A DNA stretch of 64,000 nucleotides from an uncultured archaeon (GTDB taxonomy: Archaea; Micrarchaeota; Micrarchaeia; Micrarchaeales; CABMGC01): positions 136,949 to 200,948 of the forward strand of contig OY969902.1 of assembly GCA_963704435.1 (NCBI GenBank), in the 5' to 3' direction. The notes beneath the pieces were generated by a model that saw only the letters and a program-made list of their open reading frames with translations, had not been told where the DNA came from and searched no databases. Position 1 is the stretch's first letter. Each line of letters starts with the position of its first letter. A program made the position numbers and the translations under genes. This document shows, piece by piece, positions 45,401 to 54,076 of this stretch.

Positions 45401-45599
45401 ACTGAAGAAGTCGGACAGGATAACGCTGCACTACCAGGTAGGCGCATCGCTCGCCGGGATAGTAAAGCGCAACTCCAGCGAGATAAAGAGATACGTGAAC
45501 GCGAAGGCGATGCACGATTCCATAAAGGATTCCGCAAAGTCAAAGGAGTTCGACCTTGAAGAGGAGAAGATTCTGCTGGAGATCGAGAAGGCTCAGTAG
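42468..45599 (+). CDS. ileS: isoleucyl-tRNA synthetase (signature motifs divergent)
   Basis: CP1 editing motif WTTTPWTLPAN, Zn motif CWRCSSKLIY, WFDSG-type VWYDSGIAH, and a 1,043-aa size. The HIGH position reads ASHH and the KMSKS position reads EMHRH. TTG start. Confidence 0.85.
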   Translation: MVLDLRKREKEILEYWKSHGTNGALRERGKGGKPFYFLDGPPYAYTELASHHLWVYSVKDLIVRYKRYRGFRVHDRPGFDVHGVPTENKVERNLKISSKADIESKIGVANFIGDCRKLAEANIRNGIETLTEFGVSLDFENVYVPFRNGYISKGWEIFKTIYDKGLVYRSLQPLAYCPHCETVLSAQGPEVEYADDSDPSIFVAFRIVKSKRSKVDLGADAHLVIWTTTPWTLPANMAIAANPKALYVEVKGDSATYVVAKERLEDFAGAARMNVTVLKEFYGSELDGVKYVSPLEGRIPAQKRFRKYHKVILSETFVTVSDGTGLLHVAPGHGIEDAKLGKERRIPFFSPVDEHARYTKDAGEYEGLAIPEGANERVLGDLAQLGALLFRGEVRHSYPHCWRCSSKLIYRSTEQWFINIRKIKRRMIAANGRVAWHPAQGGAWFEDAVESSPDWNVSRQRYWGIPMPIWICGSCGDVEVIGSAKALASRAGLEKEPADLHKPSVDAIGFKCGKCGGAMKRIPDIFDVWYDSGIAHTASLTDGEFAELFPADWITESLDQIRGWFSTLMRTGVAAYGKAPFRSVSIGGMLKDELGDEMHRHLGNSVSVKELLTMTSADGFRLWCLSHPRWQDLKLKKQEIVASDREVITLYNTAELVGEFAETAGVDTRVAKQPARGRLSKEDAWILSRLNSLIEETTRELDAYAIDEAVNAIRNFVIEDFSRFYLRLAKSRFSEGGSAEMRRIANITAHVLRNTVILASVVVPFSSEGIYQQLFSANGESVFMSAWPKARKGAADKELEREFGMAKEAITALLNSREKANVKLRWPLPSATIEVNDPVLQRSLEKFSDMICEYANVKRLDFKMVEALGRELKPVFTKIGPEFKADAQTVAEALRKEDADKVEREVAASGHYSLHTDRGLFDIKAEHFTVSEKLENPDAVPFKHGMAYVDKQVSEALMEEAMVREFERRVQLARKEAGLKKSDRITLHYQVGASLAGIVKRNSSEIKRYVNAKAMHDSIKDSAKSKEFDLEEEKILLEIEKAQ

Positions 45600-45814
45600 C
45601 GCTCCCGCGGCTGCTCCTGCTCGGCCCTCACCATGATCGTGCTCTTGTAGGTCTTCCTGCTGGGCATCTTGCTCCAGCAGTCCTTGCAGATCACCATCCT
45701 GACGACCTTCGTGTACCTCTTGGAGCTCTTGACGCAGTCGAAGCACACCTTTCTCTTGCAGTAGTCACAGGTCTCGAACTTGTGAATGTCCCTGCTGCAC
45801 CTTTCGCATATCAT
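45593..45814 (-). CDS. small Cys-rich zinc-ribbon protein (73 aa)
   Basis: CERC...CDYC...CFDC...CKDC gives four CxxC pairs. Overlaps the ileS stop by 7 nt (convergent). Confidence 0.45.
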   Translation of the reverse strand: MICERCSRDIHKFETCDYCKRKVCFDCVKSSKRYTKVVRMVICKDCWSKMPSRKTYKSTIMVRAEQEQPRERY

Positions 45815-45891
45815 TGAAACACCATGGTCTGGGTTAAAAGTATAGAAGAATATGTAGGTAAAGATATTAAAACACGTGCGAAGTGTCCATT

Positions 45892-47190
45892 ATGGCCAGG
45901 ATTCTTATCGAGACGTACGGCTGCGCCCTCAATCAGGCGGACAGTGAGATCATGGGCTCGCTGCTGGAGCGCGCGGGCCACAGCGTCGACTACGGCAGCC
46001 CTGCAGGGCGCAATGACTTCGACTACCTTGTTGTTAACACATGCACTGTGAAGGCGCCGACCGAGCAGAGGATACTCGACAGGCTTGCCATCCAAAGAAG
46101 ACTCGGGAAGCGGCTCGTCGTCTCGGGCTGCATGGCGAGCGCCAACAGGGGCGCGATAGAGAGGATCGTGCCGGAAGCTAGCCTGATAGGGACGAGCAAT
46201 ATCTCCAGGATAGCTGACGCGATAGCCGAGATTGGGAGGGGAAGGCAAGTCTCCTACACCTCATACGCCCGCTCAGACAAGCTATCCGGATGCGCCTGCA
46301 CGGGCAGGCGCGGTTCCGTGATAGCGAGAATCCCTATCAGCGAGGGCTGCCTCAGCAGCTGCTCCTTCTGCGAGAGCAGGTTCGCGCGCGGGCCGCTGAA
46401 CAGCTTCTCTGAGCAGCTCATACTGAAGGCAATAGAGGCCAGCATCGCGAATGGAGCGCGGGAGATAGACCTAACCTCGCAGGATGCGGGAGCCTACGGC
46501 CTCGACAGGAAGACCAACATAGCGGAACTCGTGGCAAGAGCAAGCGAGATACCTGGAGATTTTAGAATAAGAATCGGCATGCTGAACCCCGAGCACTTGA
46601 ATAGGTACATCGATGCGCTGATAGAATCTCTCAGGTCCGAGAAGGTCTACAAGTTCCTGCACCTCCCGATACAGTCGGGCAGCGACAGGGTGCTGAAGGA
46701 CATGGGCAGACGCTACACAGTGGATGAGTACGACGGCTATGCGGGCGAGTTCAGGAGCAAGGTGCGCGGGATCAGCATAGAGACGGACATCATGGTGGGC
46801 TACCCCACCGAGACAGATAACGATTTCGAGGAATCCGTCAGCTGGTTAAGGAGAATGAGACCGATGATGGTCAACATTTCAAGGTTCGGGCCGAGGCCAC
46901 ACGCGGAGGCGTCCAAGCTCCCGCAACTGCCGAATGGAGAGATCAAGAAAAGAAGCGCAAGGATGGCACACGCCATGAAGGAGGTGCTAAGCGAGGAAAG
47001 GAGGAAGTTCGTTGGAACTGTATGTGATGTCCTAGTAACCGAAAGGAGCGAGAAATCGCTCATGGGCAGGAACGAAAGCTACGTATCTGTGGCGCTTTCC
47101 GGAGGAATCCACGAACCTGGAGAATTCGCGCGCGCCAAGGTATCCGGAAACACCACATTCTGCCTCATCGCAGATGCGATTCCCTCTTAA
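45892..47190 (+). CDS. radical-SAM methylthiotransferase (MiaB/MtaB/CDKAL1-like tRNA modification enzyme)
   Basis: N-terminal UPF0004 motif ILIETYGCALNQADSE..., radical SAM CLSSCSFC, and a TRAM-like C-terminus. ATG 45892 lies 26 nt after TATA-like AAAGATATTAAAA. Confidence 0.85.
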   Translation: MARILIETYGCALNQADSEIMGSLLERAGHSVDYGSPAGRNDFDYLVVNTCTVKAPTEQRILDRLAIQRRLGKRLVVSGCMASANRGAIERIVPEASLIGTSNISRIADAIAEIGRGRQVSYTSYARSDKLSGCACTGRRGSVIARIPISEGCLSSCSFCESRFARGPLNSFSEQLILKAIEASIANGAREIDLTSQDAGAYGLDRKTNIAELVARASEIPGDFRIRIGMLNPEHLNRYIDALIESLRSEKVYKFLHLPIQSGSDRVLKDMGRRYTVDEYDGYAGEFRSKVRGISIETDIMVGYPTETDNDFEESVSWLRRMRPMMVNISRFGPRPHAEASKLPQLPNGEIKKRSARMAHAMKEVLSEERRKFVGTVCDVLVTERSEKSLMGRNESYVSVALSGGIHEPGEFARAKVSGNTTFCLIADAIPS

Positions 47191-47256
47191 GGCGCACGTT
47201 ACGAAACACAAGGATACTTTTATAATATAGGAAAAGGATAGTGTATTTGTGATTGA

Positions 47257-47784
47257 ATGGCCGTAATGTCCCGCAGAAATGAATCTACGCCAGAAATGGC
47301 GCCACGCATCACTCCAGAAGTAGAACTTACGCCAGATGAGAAGGCGCGTAGCCCTCTCCTTGTGGCGACAGATTTAGTCAAGGCAGGGAATTTCGGAAGG
47401 GCCGCCAGCATTTTTGAGAATGAGGGAGATCCCTTACTTGCCGCACACGCTGCACTCAAGGCAGGGCGCGCAGCCACTATAAAAAACAATAGTGAAGAAG
47501 CAGGAAAGTACTACGATAATGCGGTCGCACTCTATGAAATGCAAATACAAAAATGCATAGGTGACAAGACATTCAAATCGGCCGCAATGGCGGCGCGCGA
47601 GATGAGCGGACTATTCCAAGAGCGGGGCATGCCTGACAAGGCAGATGCGGCGCAAGCCAGAGCACGCGACTTGCTCAAAGAGGGCGGCTGGAAGGAAACC
47701 AGAACAGCTAAAGGAATGGAAGCGTATGTGCGTATAGGAGACGTAAAAGCAACTGCGCGAGATGGCGTCACCTCCGGCGCGTAG
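47257..47784 (+). CDS. hypothetical protein (175 aa), helical
   Basis: ORF between miaB-like and gatD. Ala-rich helical repeats. No motif recognised. Confidence 0.4.
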   Translation: MAVMSRRNESTPEMAPRITPEVELTPDEKARSPLLVATDLVKAGNFGRAASIFENEGDPLLAAHAALKAGRAATIKNNSEEAGKYYDNAVALYEMQIQKCIGDKTFKSAAMAAREMSGLFQERGMPDKADAAQARARDLLKEGGWKETRTAKGMEAYVRIGDVKATARDGVTSGA

Positions 47785-47820
47785 CAAAGGGATTTAAAAT
47801 AGGGAAACCTATTCCTTCCC

Positions 47821-49158
47821 ATGTATTCGGAGAGGATAGAAAAGCTGCTGAAGGCCAAGAGCATAGGCGCTGGAGACGATGTCAGGCTGTCGTCAGCAGA
47901 CGGAACAATTGAAGGCATTCTCATACCGAGGCCCGACTCAGGAAACAACGAGATAGTAATAATCAAGCTAAAGAACGGCTACAATATAGGAGTGCTGCTT
48001 GACGAGAAGACGAAGGTGGAGAAGTCTGCAAGCAAGTCCAGAGAAACATTTTCATTTCCTAAAGTGAAGCTAAAGGAGAACAGGAACCTTCCGAAAGTCA
48101 CGATGATGACGACCGGAGGCACGATAGGCAGCAAGGTGGACTACAAGACAGGAGGCGTGTACACGCTAACAAAGCCAGAGGAGCTTCTGTATCTGGTACC
48201 CGAGCTCTCAGACATGGCGGACATCAAGATAGAAGGTCTCATGAGCGTCTGGAGCGAGGACATGACGTATAGGGAGTGGCAGAAGTTGGCCACCGAAACG
48301 GCGAACGCGCTCAACAACGGATCGCGGGGCGTCGTGATACTGCAAGGTACGGACACGATGCATTACACGTCGGCCGCGCTGAGCTTCATGCTCAGCGGCC
48401 TTAACGCTCCTGTCGTGATAACCGGGGCGCAAAGAAGCAGCGACAGGGGCTCCAGCGACGCGTTCACCAACCTGGTCTCTGCGGTCCGCATAGCTGCGGG
48501 GAGCGACATCGCTGAAGTTGGGATATGCATGCATGCAAGCTCCTCGGACGAGTTCTGCAACTTCACAAGGGGCACGAAGGTAAGGAAGATGCACACCTCA
48601 AGGAGGGATGCATTCAGGCCGATAAACAACAGGCCAATCGCGCGCGTGGCGGTAGACGGAGGCATAGAGTACCTGAGCGATTACAGGAAGGCACGCGATA
48701 GCAAAGGCAAGGTCAAGGCAATCACCGGCTTCGAGCCGAAGGTCGCGCTGGTGAAGTTCTATCCGCATGCAGATCCAGATATCATTGATTGGTATGCGGA
48801 CAGAGGCTACAAGGGCATCATAATAGAGGGCACGGGACTCGGGCACGTCGCCGTCACGCAGGGAGAGGGCAAGCGTCCATGGCTGAAGAGCATTGAAAAG
48901 GCAATCGATTCAGGCATCATTGTGGGCATGACGCCTCAGTGCCTGAATGGTAGGGTGCACTCTGCCGTCTACACCACGGGAAGGTTGCTTTCAAAGACGG
49001 GCGTGATCTACTGCGAGGACATGCTGCCCGAGGTCGCGCTGGTGAAGCTAAGCTTCCTGCTTGGAAATTATGATAGGAAAAAGGCCTCTGAACTTCTAAA
49101 CAAGAACATCGCCGGCGAGATAACTGAGAGGACTGAAGTTGACACTTTCATGGTGTGA
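47821..49158 (+). CDS. gatD: Glu-tRNA(Gln) amidotransferase subunit D
   Basis: Asparaginase-like motifs TTGGTIGS and VILQGTDTMHYTSAAL. Followed directly by gatE. Confidence 0.9.
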   Translation: MYSERIEKLLKAKSIGAGDDVRLSSADGTIEGILIPRPDSGNNEIVIIKLKNGYNIGVLLDEKTKVEKSASKSRETFSFPKVKLKENRNLPKVTMMTTGGTIGSKVDYKTGGVYTLTKPEELLYLVPELSDMADIKIEGLMSVWSEDMTYREWQKLATETANALNNGSRGVVILQGTDTMHYTSAALSFMLSGLNAPVVITGAQRSSDRGSSDAFTNLVSAVRIAAGSDIAEVGICMHASSSDEFCNFTRGTKVRKMHTSRRDAFRPINNRPIARVAVDGGIEYLSDYRKARDSKGKVKAITGFEPKVALVKFYPHADPDIIDWYADRGYKGIIIEGTGLGHVAVTQGEGKRPWLKSIEKAIDSGIIVGMTPQCLNGRVHSAVYTTGRLLSKTGVIYCEDMLPEVALVKLSFLLGNYDRKKASELLNKNIAGEITERTEVDTFMV

Positions 49159-49162
49159 AGAG

Positions 49163-50995
49163 ATGACCGACTACGAGGCCATAGGGTTCAAGTGCGGGCT
49201 CGAGATACACCAGAGGCTCGCCACCCGGTGCAAGCTCTTCTGCTCGTGCGACGCCAGCATATCGGAGGACGTCTCGGTTGGAGAGGTGGAGCGGACCCAG
49301 AGGGCGGTCTCAGGAGAGCTCGGGAAGATCGATCCCTCCGCGATGTTCGAGAGCGCTAGGAAGAGGAAGTTCATCTACAATGCGTTCAAGAGATCGTCCT
49401 GCCTCGTGGACATCGATGAAGAGCCGCCCCACGAGCTCAACAGGGAGGCGCTGGACACCGCGCTGCAGATCGCCGCATCTCTTGGGATGAAGGCCCCTTC
49501 AGAACTGGAGGTCATGAGGAAGGGCGTCGTCGACGGGAGCGACCCTAGTGCGTTCCAGAGGACGCTCCTTGTAGGTTACGATGGCAGGCTCCGCGTTGAC
49601 GGCAGGGAGGTGGTCATACCTGACCTGTTCCTAGAGGAGGAATCTAGTGGGATAGAGCACAGCGACAGGGATGCGGTCATCTACAACGTAGACCGGCTCG
49701 GAGTGCCGCTCGTGGAGCTTGACACGACTCCGGACATAAGGACGCCGGCCGAGGCCAAGGCGGTCGCTAAGAGGATAGGGCTCATGCTCAGGATAACCGG
49801 GAAGGTCCAGAGGGGCATAGGCTCGATAAGGCAGGACGTCAACGTGTCCATACGCGACGGCGCGAGGGTGGAGGTGAAGGGCTTCCAGGAGCTGGACACC
49901 ATGGACACCATAATAGAGAGGGAGGTCGAGAGGCAGCTCAAGCTCGTCGAACTGAAGAAGCTGCTGCTAAAGAGGAAGGCGAAAGTCCACGCCGCGAAGG
50001 ACGTCACAAACCTATTCAAGGGATCGGGCGCGAAGATAATGAAGCAGACGGAAGGCGAAGCGTCCGTATTCGCGGCGAGGCTCGAGGGGTTCGAGGGCGC
50101 TCTCGGCACCGAGATAAACCCGAACAGGAGGCTCGGGAGCGAGATAAGCGACTACGCGAAGCTCGCCGGGGTCGGCGGGCTCATACACAGCGACGAGAAT
50201 CTCGACCGCTACGGATTCAGCGATGCGGAACTCTCATCACTGCGGAAGGCTCTAGGCGTGGAGAAGGGCGACGCCTTCATGCTCATAGTCGGGCCGAGGG
50301 AGACATGCATCTCCGCGATAGGTTTCGCGATAAAGAGGGCGGAGCACGCGATGGAGGGAGTGCCGAAAGAGACCCGCGGCGCGGACAGCAAGCAGCTAAT
50401 AACCGTTTTCATGAGACCGCTGCCTGGAGGGTCGCGAATGTACCCCGAGACCGACGTACGGTCTATTCCAGTAGACAAAAGGAATTTCAATCTGCTTAAA
50501 AAGAACGCTGCGGATCCCGACAGGATCGCCAAGTGGCTCGATGAGAAGATAGGGAACAGGCAGCTGTCCGAGCAGATGCTGTGGTCTCCGTACATGCCAC
50601 TGTTCAGGGAGATAGTCGAGAAAACAGGGGTTAGCGGGTCTGTGGTCGCGCCGATACTCCTCGAGAAGACGAAGGAGGTTAGGAGGGGCGGTGTTGACGT
50701 GGACAGGATAAGCGCAGAGGCCTTCACGCACATATTCGAGATATACAAGAAAGGAGGGATAACGAAGGCGGCCATAGCGGAACTGCTCAAGGGCGCGCCA
50801 GTGGACGCGAGGAGCGTCGATAAAGCCATAAAGGAAGGCGGGCTTGAAAGACTTAGCGGCACCAAACTCGAAGGGCTCATCAAGAATTCAGGGAAGAAGA
50901 GCAGGGAGGAAGTGGTGCGTGAGCTGATGCAGAAGCACAGGCTAAACGTCGACGGGGAGGAGCTCAACGCGCTGCTAAAAGGCCGTGGGAAATAG
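49163..50995 (+). CDS. gatE: Glu-tRNA(Gln) amidotransferase subunit E
   Basis: GFKCGLEIHQRL, VDIDEEPPHE, CDVNVS-type QDVNVSI. ATG 49163 is preceded by GGTGTGA. Confidence 0.9.
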   Translation: MTDYEAIGFKCGLEIHQRLATRCKLFCSCDASISEDVSVGEVERTQRAVSGELGKIDPSAMFESARKRKFIYNAFKRSSCLVDIDEEPPHELNREALDTALQIAASLGMKAPSELEVMRKGVVDGSDPSAFQRTLLVGYDGRLRVDGREVVIPDLFLEEESSGIEHSDRDAVIYNVDRLGVPLVELDTTPDIRTPAEAKAVAKRIGLMLRITGKVQRGIGSIRQDVNVSIRDGARVEVKGFQELDTMDTIIEREVERQLKLVELKKLLLKRKAKVHAAKDVTNLFKGSGAKIMKQTEGEASVFAARLEGFEGALGTEINPNRRLGSEISDYAKLAGVGGLIHSDENLDRYGFSDAELSSLRKALGVEKGDAFMLIVGPRETCISAIGFAIKRAEHAMEGVPKETRGADSKQLITVFMRPLPGGSRMYPETDVRSIPVDKRNFNLLKKNAADPDRIAKWLDEKIGNRQLSEQMLWSPYMPLFREIVEKTGVSGSVVAPILLEKTKEVRRGGVDVDRISAEAFTHIFEIYKKGGITKAAIAELLKGAPVDARSVDKAIKEGGLERLSGTKLEGLIKNSGKKSREEVVRELMQKHRLNVDGEELNALLKGRGK

Positions 50996-51006
50996 GCAGG
51001 CACGCT

Positions 51007-52764
51007 TCATTTCTTGGTTCTCTTTATCCTTGATATCTCGTCGAGCAGGTCCTTCTCCTCATCCGACAGCATGTAGGCGAACTTCGATCTGAGCAGGCGC
51101 TCCTCATCGTCGTTGATGTGTGCGTAGAGCACGTCACCCTCCCTTATCTGCCTGCCGAACGTGACGCCGTCTATCGAGATCGCGACGCTGTCCCCCTTCT
51201 TGGCCTCAAGCAGGCTCGTGCCCGAGTCCTGTATCTCCCTCACCCTGCCCACGACCTCGCCCTGCGCGTTCATCAGCAGTATTGACGACTTCAACCTGCC
51301 TGCGGTAACGTCGACTCCGAAGACCGCCGGGTGCGATATCCTGAACACGTGGTTCGGCAGCGACTTGACCGTGCACGGGAACGTGAGCGTCTTGCCCGCC
51401 GTATCGCGTTCTCTCTTCTTCTCAGCCGCGAGCCACTCCTGGTAGTCGTCGATTATCTTGTAGATGACGTTCTCGTTTATCACATTGACGGACGTGGCCT
51501 CGCTCTCCGAGCGCGCGTCATCCTCGATCTTCACGTTGAACGCGAGCACCACGGCGCTGTAGGGGTCTATCGCTCGCATCGCGAAGGCATCGAGCACGTC
51601 CCTCCTGGAGACGTTGCCTATACCCTTCTTGCTCACCTTTATGCCCTCGTTGTCCAGCAGCCTAGACAGCGCCTCGATGCTCCCTATCGTGTCCGCCTTG
51701 AGAACTATGCCCATCTGCCCGGTCGCGAATATGTCCTTGATCTCCGTTGTTATCTCGGTCTCGTAGTCCTTGTCCTCCGTGGATAGGACTAGCGACCCTG
51801 GCAGCGCGTCGTCCAGGCCCACTCCGCTTATCTTCACACCGGATGCGGCCGCGACCGAGTCCACATAATAGTACTTGCTGGCGGAGTCGCGCATCTCCTG
51901 CAGCGGCTTGGGCTTCAGCAGCGCCTTTATCCTCGCAATGCCCGTGCCAGTGGTGGTTGCGAAGGCGATGGTGTCGTTGACCTTGAGCGTGCCGTTGTAG
52001 AGCATCACGTCTATCGTGGTACCGAGGCCCTTCTCCTCCTTCTTCTCGAGTATGCTGCCCCTGCCGGGGCCCTCCACCTGCACGTTGAGCCTCAGCTCCA
52101 GGAACTTCTGCGATATGCCGGCCGCGAACACCAGCAGCTCGGCTATGCCCTCTCCCGTCTTCGCGCTGACCGGGAGTATGACTATCTCCTTCCTGAAGTC
52201 GGTGACCCTGTCGAACCTCTCGCTGGCGAACCCCAGCTCGCTCAGCTTGCCCACGAGCCCGTATATCTTGGCGTCGAGAGACTCGACGACATCCTGGTTT
52301 TGCTTGGCGATCGACTCCTTGAAGCTGTTGGTCTTCTGGTCCCTCCAGCCGGTGACCAGGTCTATCTTGTTGGCCGCGACTATGAAGGGGGTCTTGTACT
52401 CCTTCAGTATGTCTATCGCCTCGTATGTCTGCGGCTCGAAGCTCTTTGCCACGTCGACGACGAGGATGGCGAGGTCGGCGACCGCGCCGCCCCGCTTCCT
52501 GAGGTTGGTGAAGACCTCGTGCCCCGGCGTGTCTATGAAGAGCAGGCCTGGAATCGTGATCTGCGCCTTGAACGACTTCAGTACGTCTCCGACGGTGTCC
52601 TCTATGACGCTTATAGGGACCTCGCTCGCGCCTATGTGCTGCGTTATCGCGCCGGCCTCCTTGCTCGCCATCGTCGTGTTGCGTATCCGGTCAAGAAGGC
52701 TCGTCTTCCCGTGATCGACGTGCCCCATGACGCAGATTATCGGCTGCCTGATCATCAGAACCAT
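51007..52764 (-). CDS. infB: translation initiation factor aIF5B (IF2-like GTPase)
   Basis: G motifs VMGHVDHGKTSLLD, DTPGHE and NKID. Domains II-IV follow. No intein. Confidence 0.9.
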   Translation of the reverse strand: MVLMIRQPIICVMGHVDHGKTSLLDRIRNTTMASKEAGAITQHIGASEVPISVIEDTVGDVLKSFKAQITIPGLLFIDTPGHEVFTNLRKRGGAVADLAILVVDVAKSFEPQTYEAIDILKEYKTPFIVAANKIDLVTGWRDQKTNSFKESIAKQNQDVVESLDAKIYGLVGKLSELGFASERFDRVTDFRKEIVILPVSAKTGEGIAELLVFAAGISQKFLELRLNVQVEGPGRGSILEKKEEKGLGTTIDVMLYNGTLKVNDTIAFATTTGTGIARIKALLKPKPLQEMRDSASKYYYVDSVAAASGVKISGVGLDDALPGSLVLSTEDKDYETEITTEIKDIFATGQMGIVLKADTIGSIEALSRLLDNEGIKVSKKGIGNVSRRDVLDAFAMRAIDPYSAVVLAFNVKIEDDARSESEATSVNVINENVIYKIIDDYQEWLAAEKKRERDTAGKTLTFPCTVKSLPNHVFRISHPAVFGVDVTAGRLKSSILLMNAQGEVVGRVREIQDSGTSLLEAKKGDSVAISIDGVTFGRQIREGDVLYAHINDDEERLLRSKFAYMLSDEEKDLLDEISRIKRTKK

Positions 52765-52925
52765 CTTTTGGCTAGCGGGTTAATCCGCTGCTTGCACAAT
52801 GGATTAAGAAGGGCTTGAAGGTATTTATATCGCGAGGTAGATGCGATAAGCAGTCGGAAGAATGTCATTCGCAGCAAAAAGGTATTAAAGATGCCAGAAC
52901 ATATTCCATTTAATGGTGTCTTAAT

Positions 52926-53498
52926 TTGATCGTCTCAGCCAAGACTGTCTTGGAGCTAAACGAAAGGTACAAGTTGATTTCCAACTTGGCGGAGAGGGAA
53001 TACTCGCCGGAGGGCGCAGGTTTTGACATACGCGCAGGCGAGATATACCTGATAAAGGGCGACGGATATCTCGGGGTTGAGGACAGGAAGACCCCTGGCG
53101 TAGAAAAGGTGGCGGACGTAAAGAACGGGGACAAGAAGTTCGTATTGCTGCCGGGGGAGTTCGTGCTCGTCAAGACCATGGAGAGCGTGAGCCTGCCTTC
53201 GGAGAAGATAGTTGTGGAGGAAGGATATAAACCTACGCTCCTCACGATTCACGTCTATCCGCGGAGCACCCTGCAGAGGTGCGGCATTCACCTGATGGCG
53301 ACCAAAATCGACCCTGGATACTCGGGAGAGCTCACTTTCGGACTGGCAAACATGGGAAAATCCAGATTCGAGCTGGAGTTGGGCGCGCGGATAGCGAACC
53401 TCGTGTTCATGCAGGTGGTAGGTGATCTTCACAGGGCATATGGCGGACAGTGGCAAGGCGGAAGGGTATCGGCGGATACGGTCGAGAGGCAGATTTAA
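52926..53498 (+). CDS. dcd: dCTP deaminase / dUTPase-superfamily protein
   Basis: GFDIRAG...VLLPGEFVLVKTME...KIDPGYSGELTFGLANMG...ARIANLVF is the trimeric dUTPase-fold pattern. TTG start. Confidence 0.75.
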   Translation: MIVSAKTVLELNERYKLISNLAEREYSPEGAGFDIRAGEIYLIKGDGYLGVEDRKTPGVEKVADVKNGDKKFVLLPGEFVLVKTMESVSLPSEKIVVEEGYKPTLLTIHVYPRSTLQRCGIHLMATKIDPGYSGELTFGLANMGKSRFELELGARIANLVFMQVVGDLHRAYGGQWQGGRVSADTVERQI

Positions 53499-53512
53499 CG
53501 ATAGGTGTGAAT

Positions 53513-54076
53513 ATGGAGAGAACGTTTGTTTTGATAAAGCCGGACGGGGTGCAGAGGGCGCTGATGGGAAGGATAATCGGCAGGTTCGAGGATGCTGGGC
53601 TGAAGATCGTTGCGATGAAGATGGTCATGGCCGACAAGGAGCTGGTGGGCCGCCACTATGTGGATGACGTTGCCTGGCTGGAAGACTTGGGGAAGAAATC
53701 GATAGCCTCATACGAAGCGAAGGGAATCAAGATGGACGGAACGCCTGCTGAGATCGGCCGCAAGATCAGGGGCTACCTGATGGACTACCTGACCTCGGGG
53801 CCGGTGGTTGCGATGGTCATGGAGGGAAACGATGCCGTATCGATCGTGCGGAAGATCGTTGGAAGCACCGCGCCTTCGAAGGCGGATCCATCCACGATAA
53901 GGGGCATGTACGCGAGCGACTCGTACCAGCTCGCAGACGAGAGGAAGAGGCCCGTGCGAAACCTTATCCACACTTCGGACAGCCCCGAAACGGCCGAGAA
54001 GGAGATCGGGATCTGGTTTGAGAAGGGAGAGATGCGGGAGTATAGGCGGGCTGACGAGTCTGCGATGTTCGGGTAA
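53513..54076 (+). CDS. ndk: nucleoside diphosphate kinase (with about 30-aa insertion)
   Basis: MERTFVLIKPDGVQRALMGRIIGRFEDAGLKIVAMKM, SGPVVAMVMEG, TIRGMYA and NLIHTSDS (active-site His). ATG preceded by TAGGTGTGA. Confidence 0.9.
   Translation: MERTFVLIKPDGVQRALMGRIIGRFEDAGLKIVAMKMVMADKELVGRHYVDDVAWLEDLGKKSIASYEAKGIKMDGTPAEIGRKIRGYLMDYLTSGPVVAMVMEGNDAVSIVRKIVGSTAPSKADPSTIRGMYASDSYQLADERKRPVRNLIHTSDSPETAEKEIGIWFEKGEMREYRRADESAMFG

Noticed and set aside
50209-51003. 264-aa Ser-rich ORF antisense to gatE
   Set aside because: Low-complexity S/L/F/P composition, opposite the conserved GatE C-terminal region.
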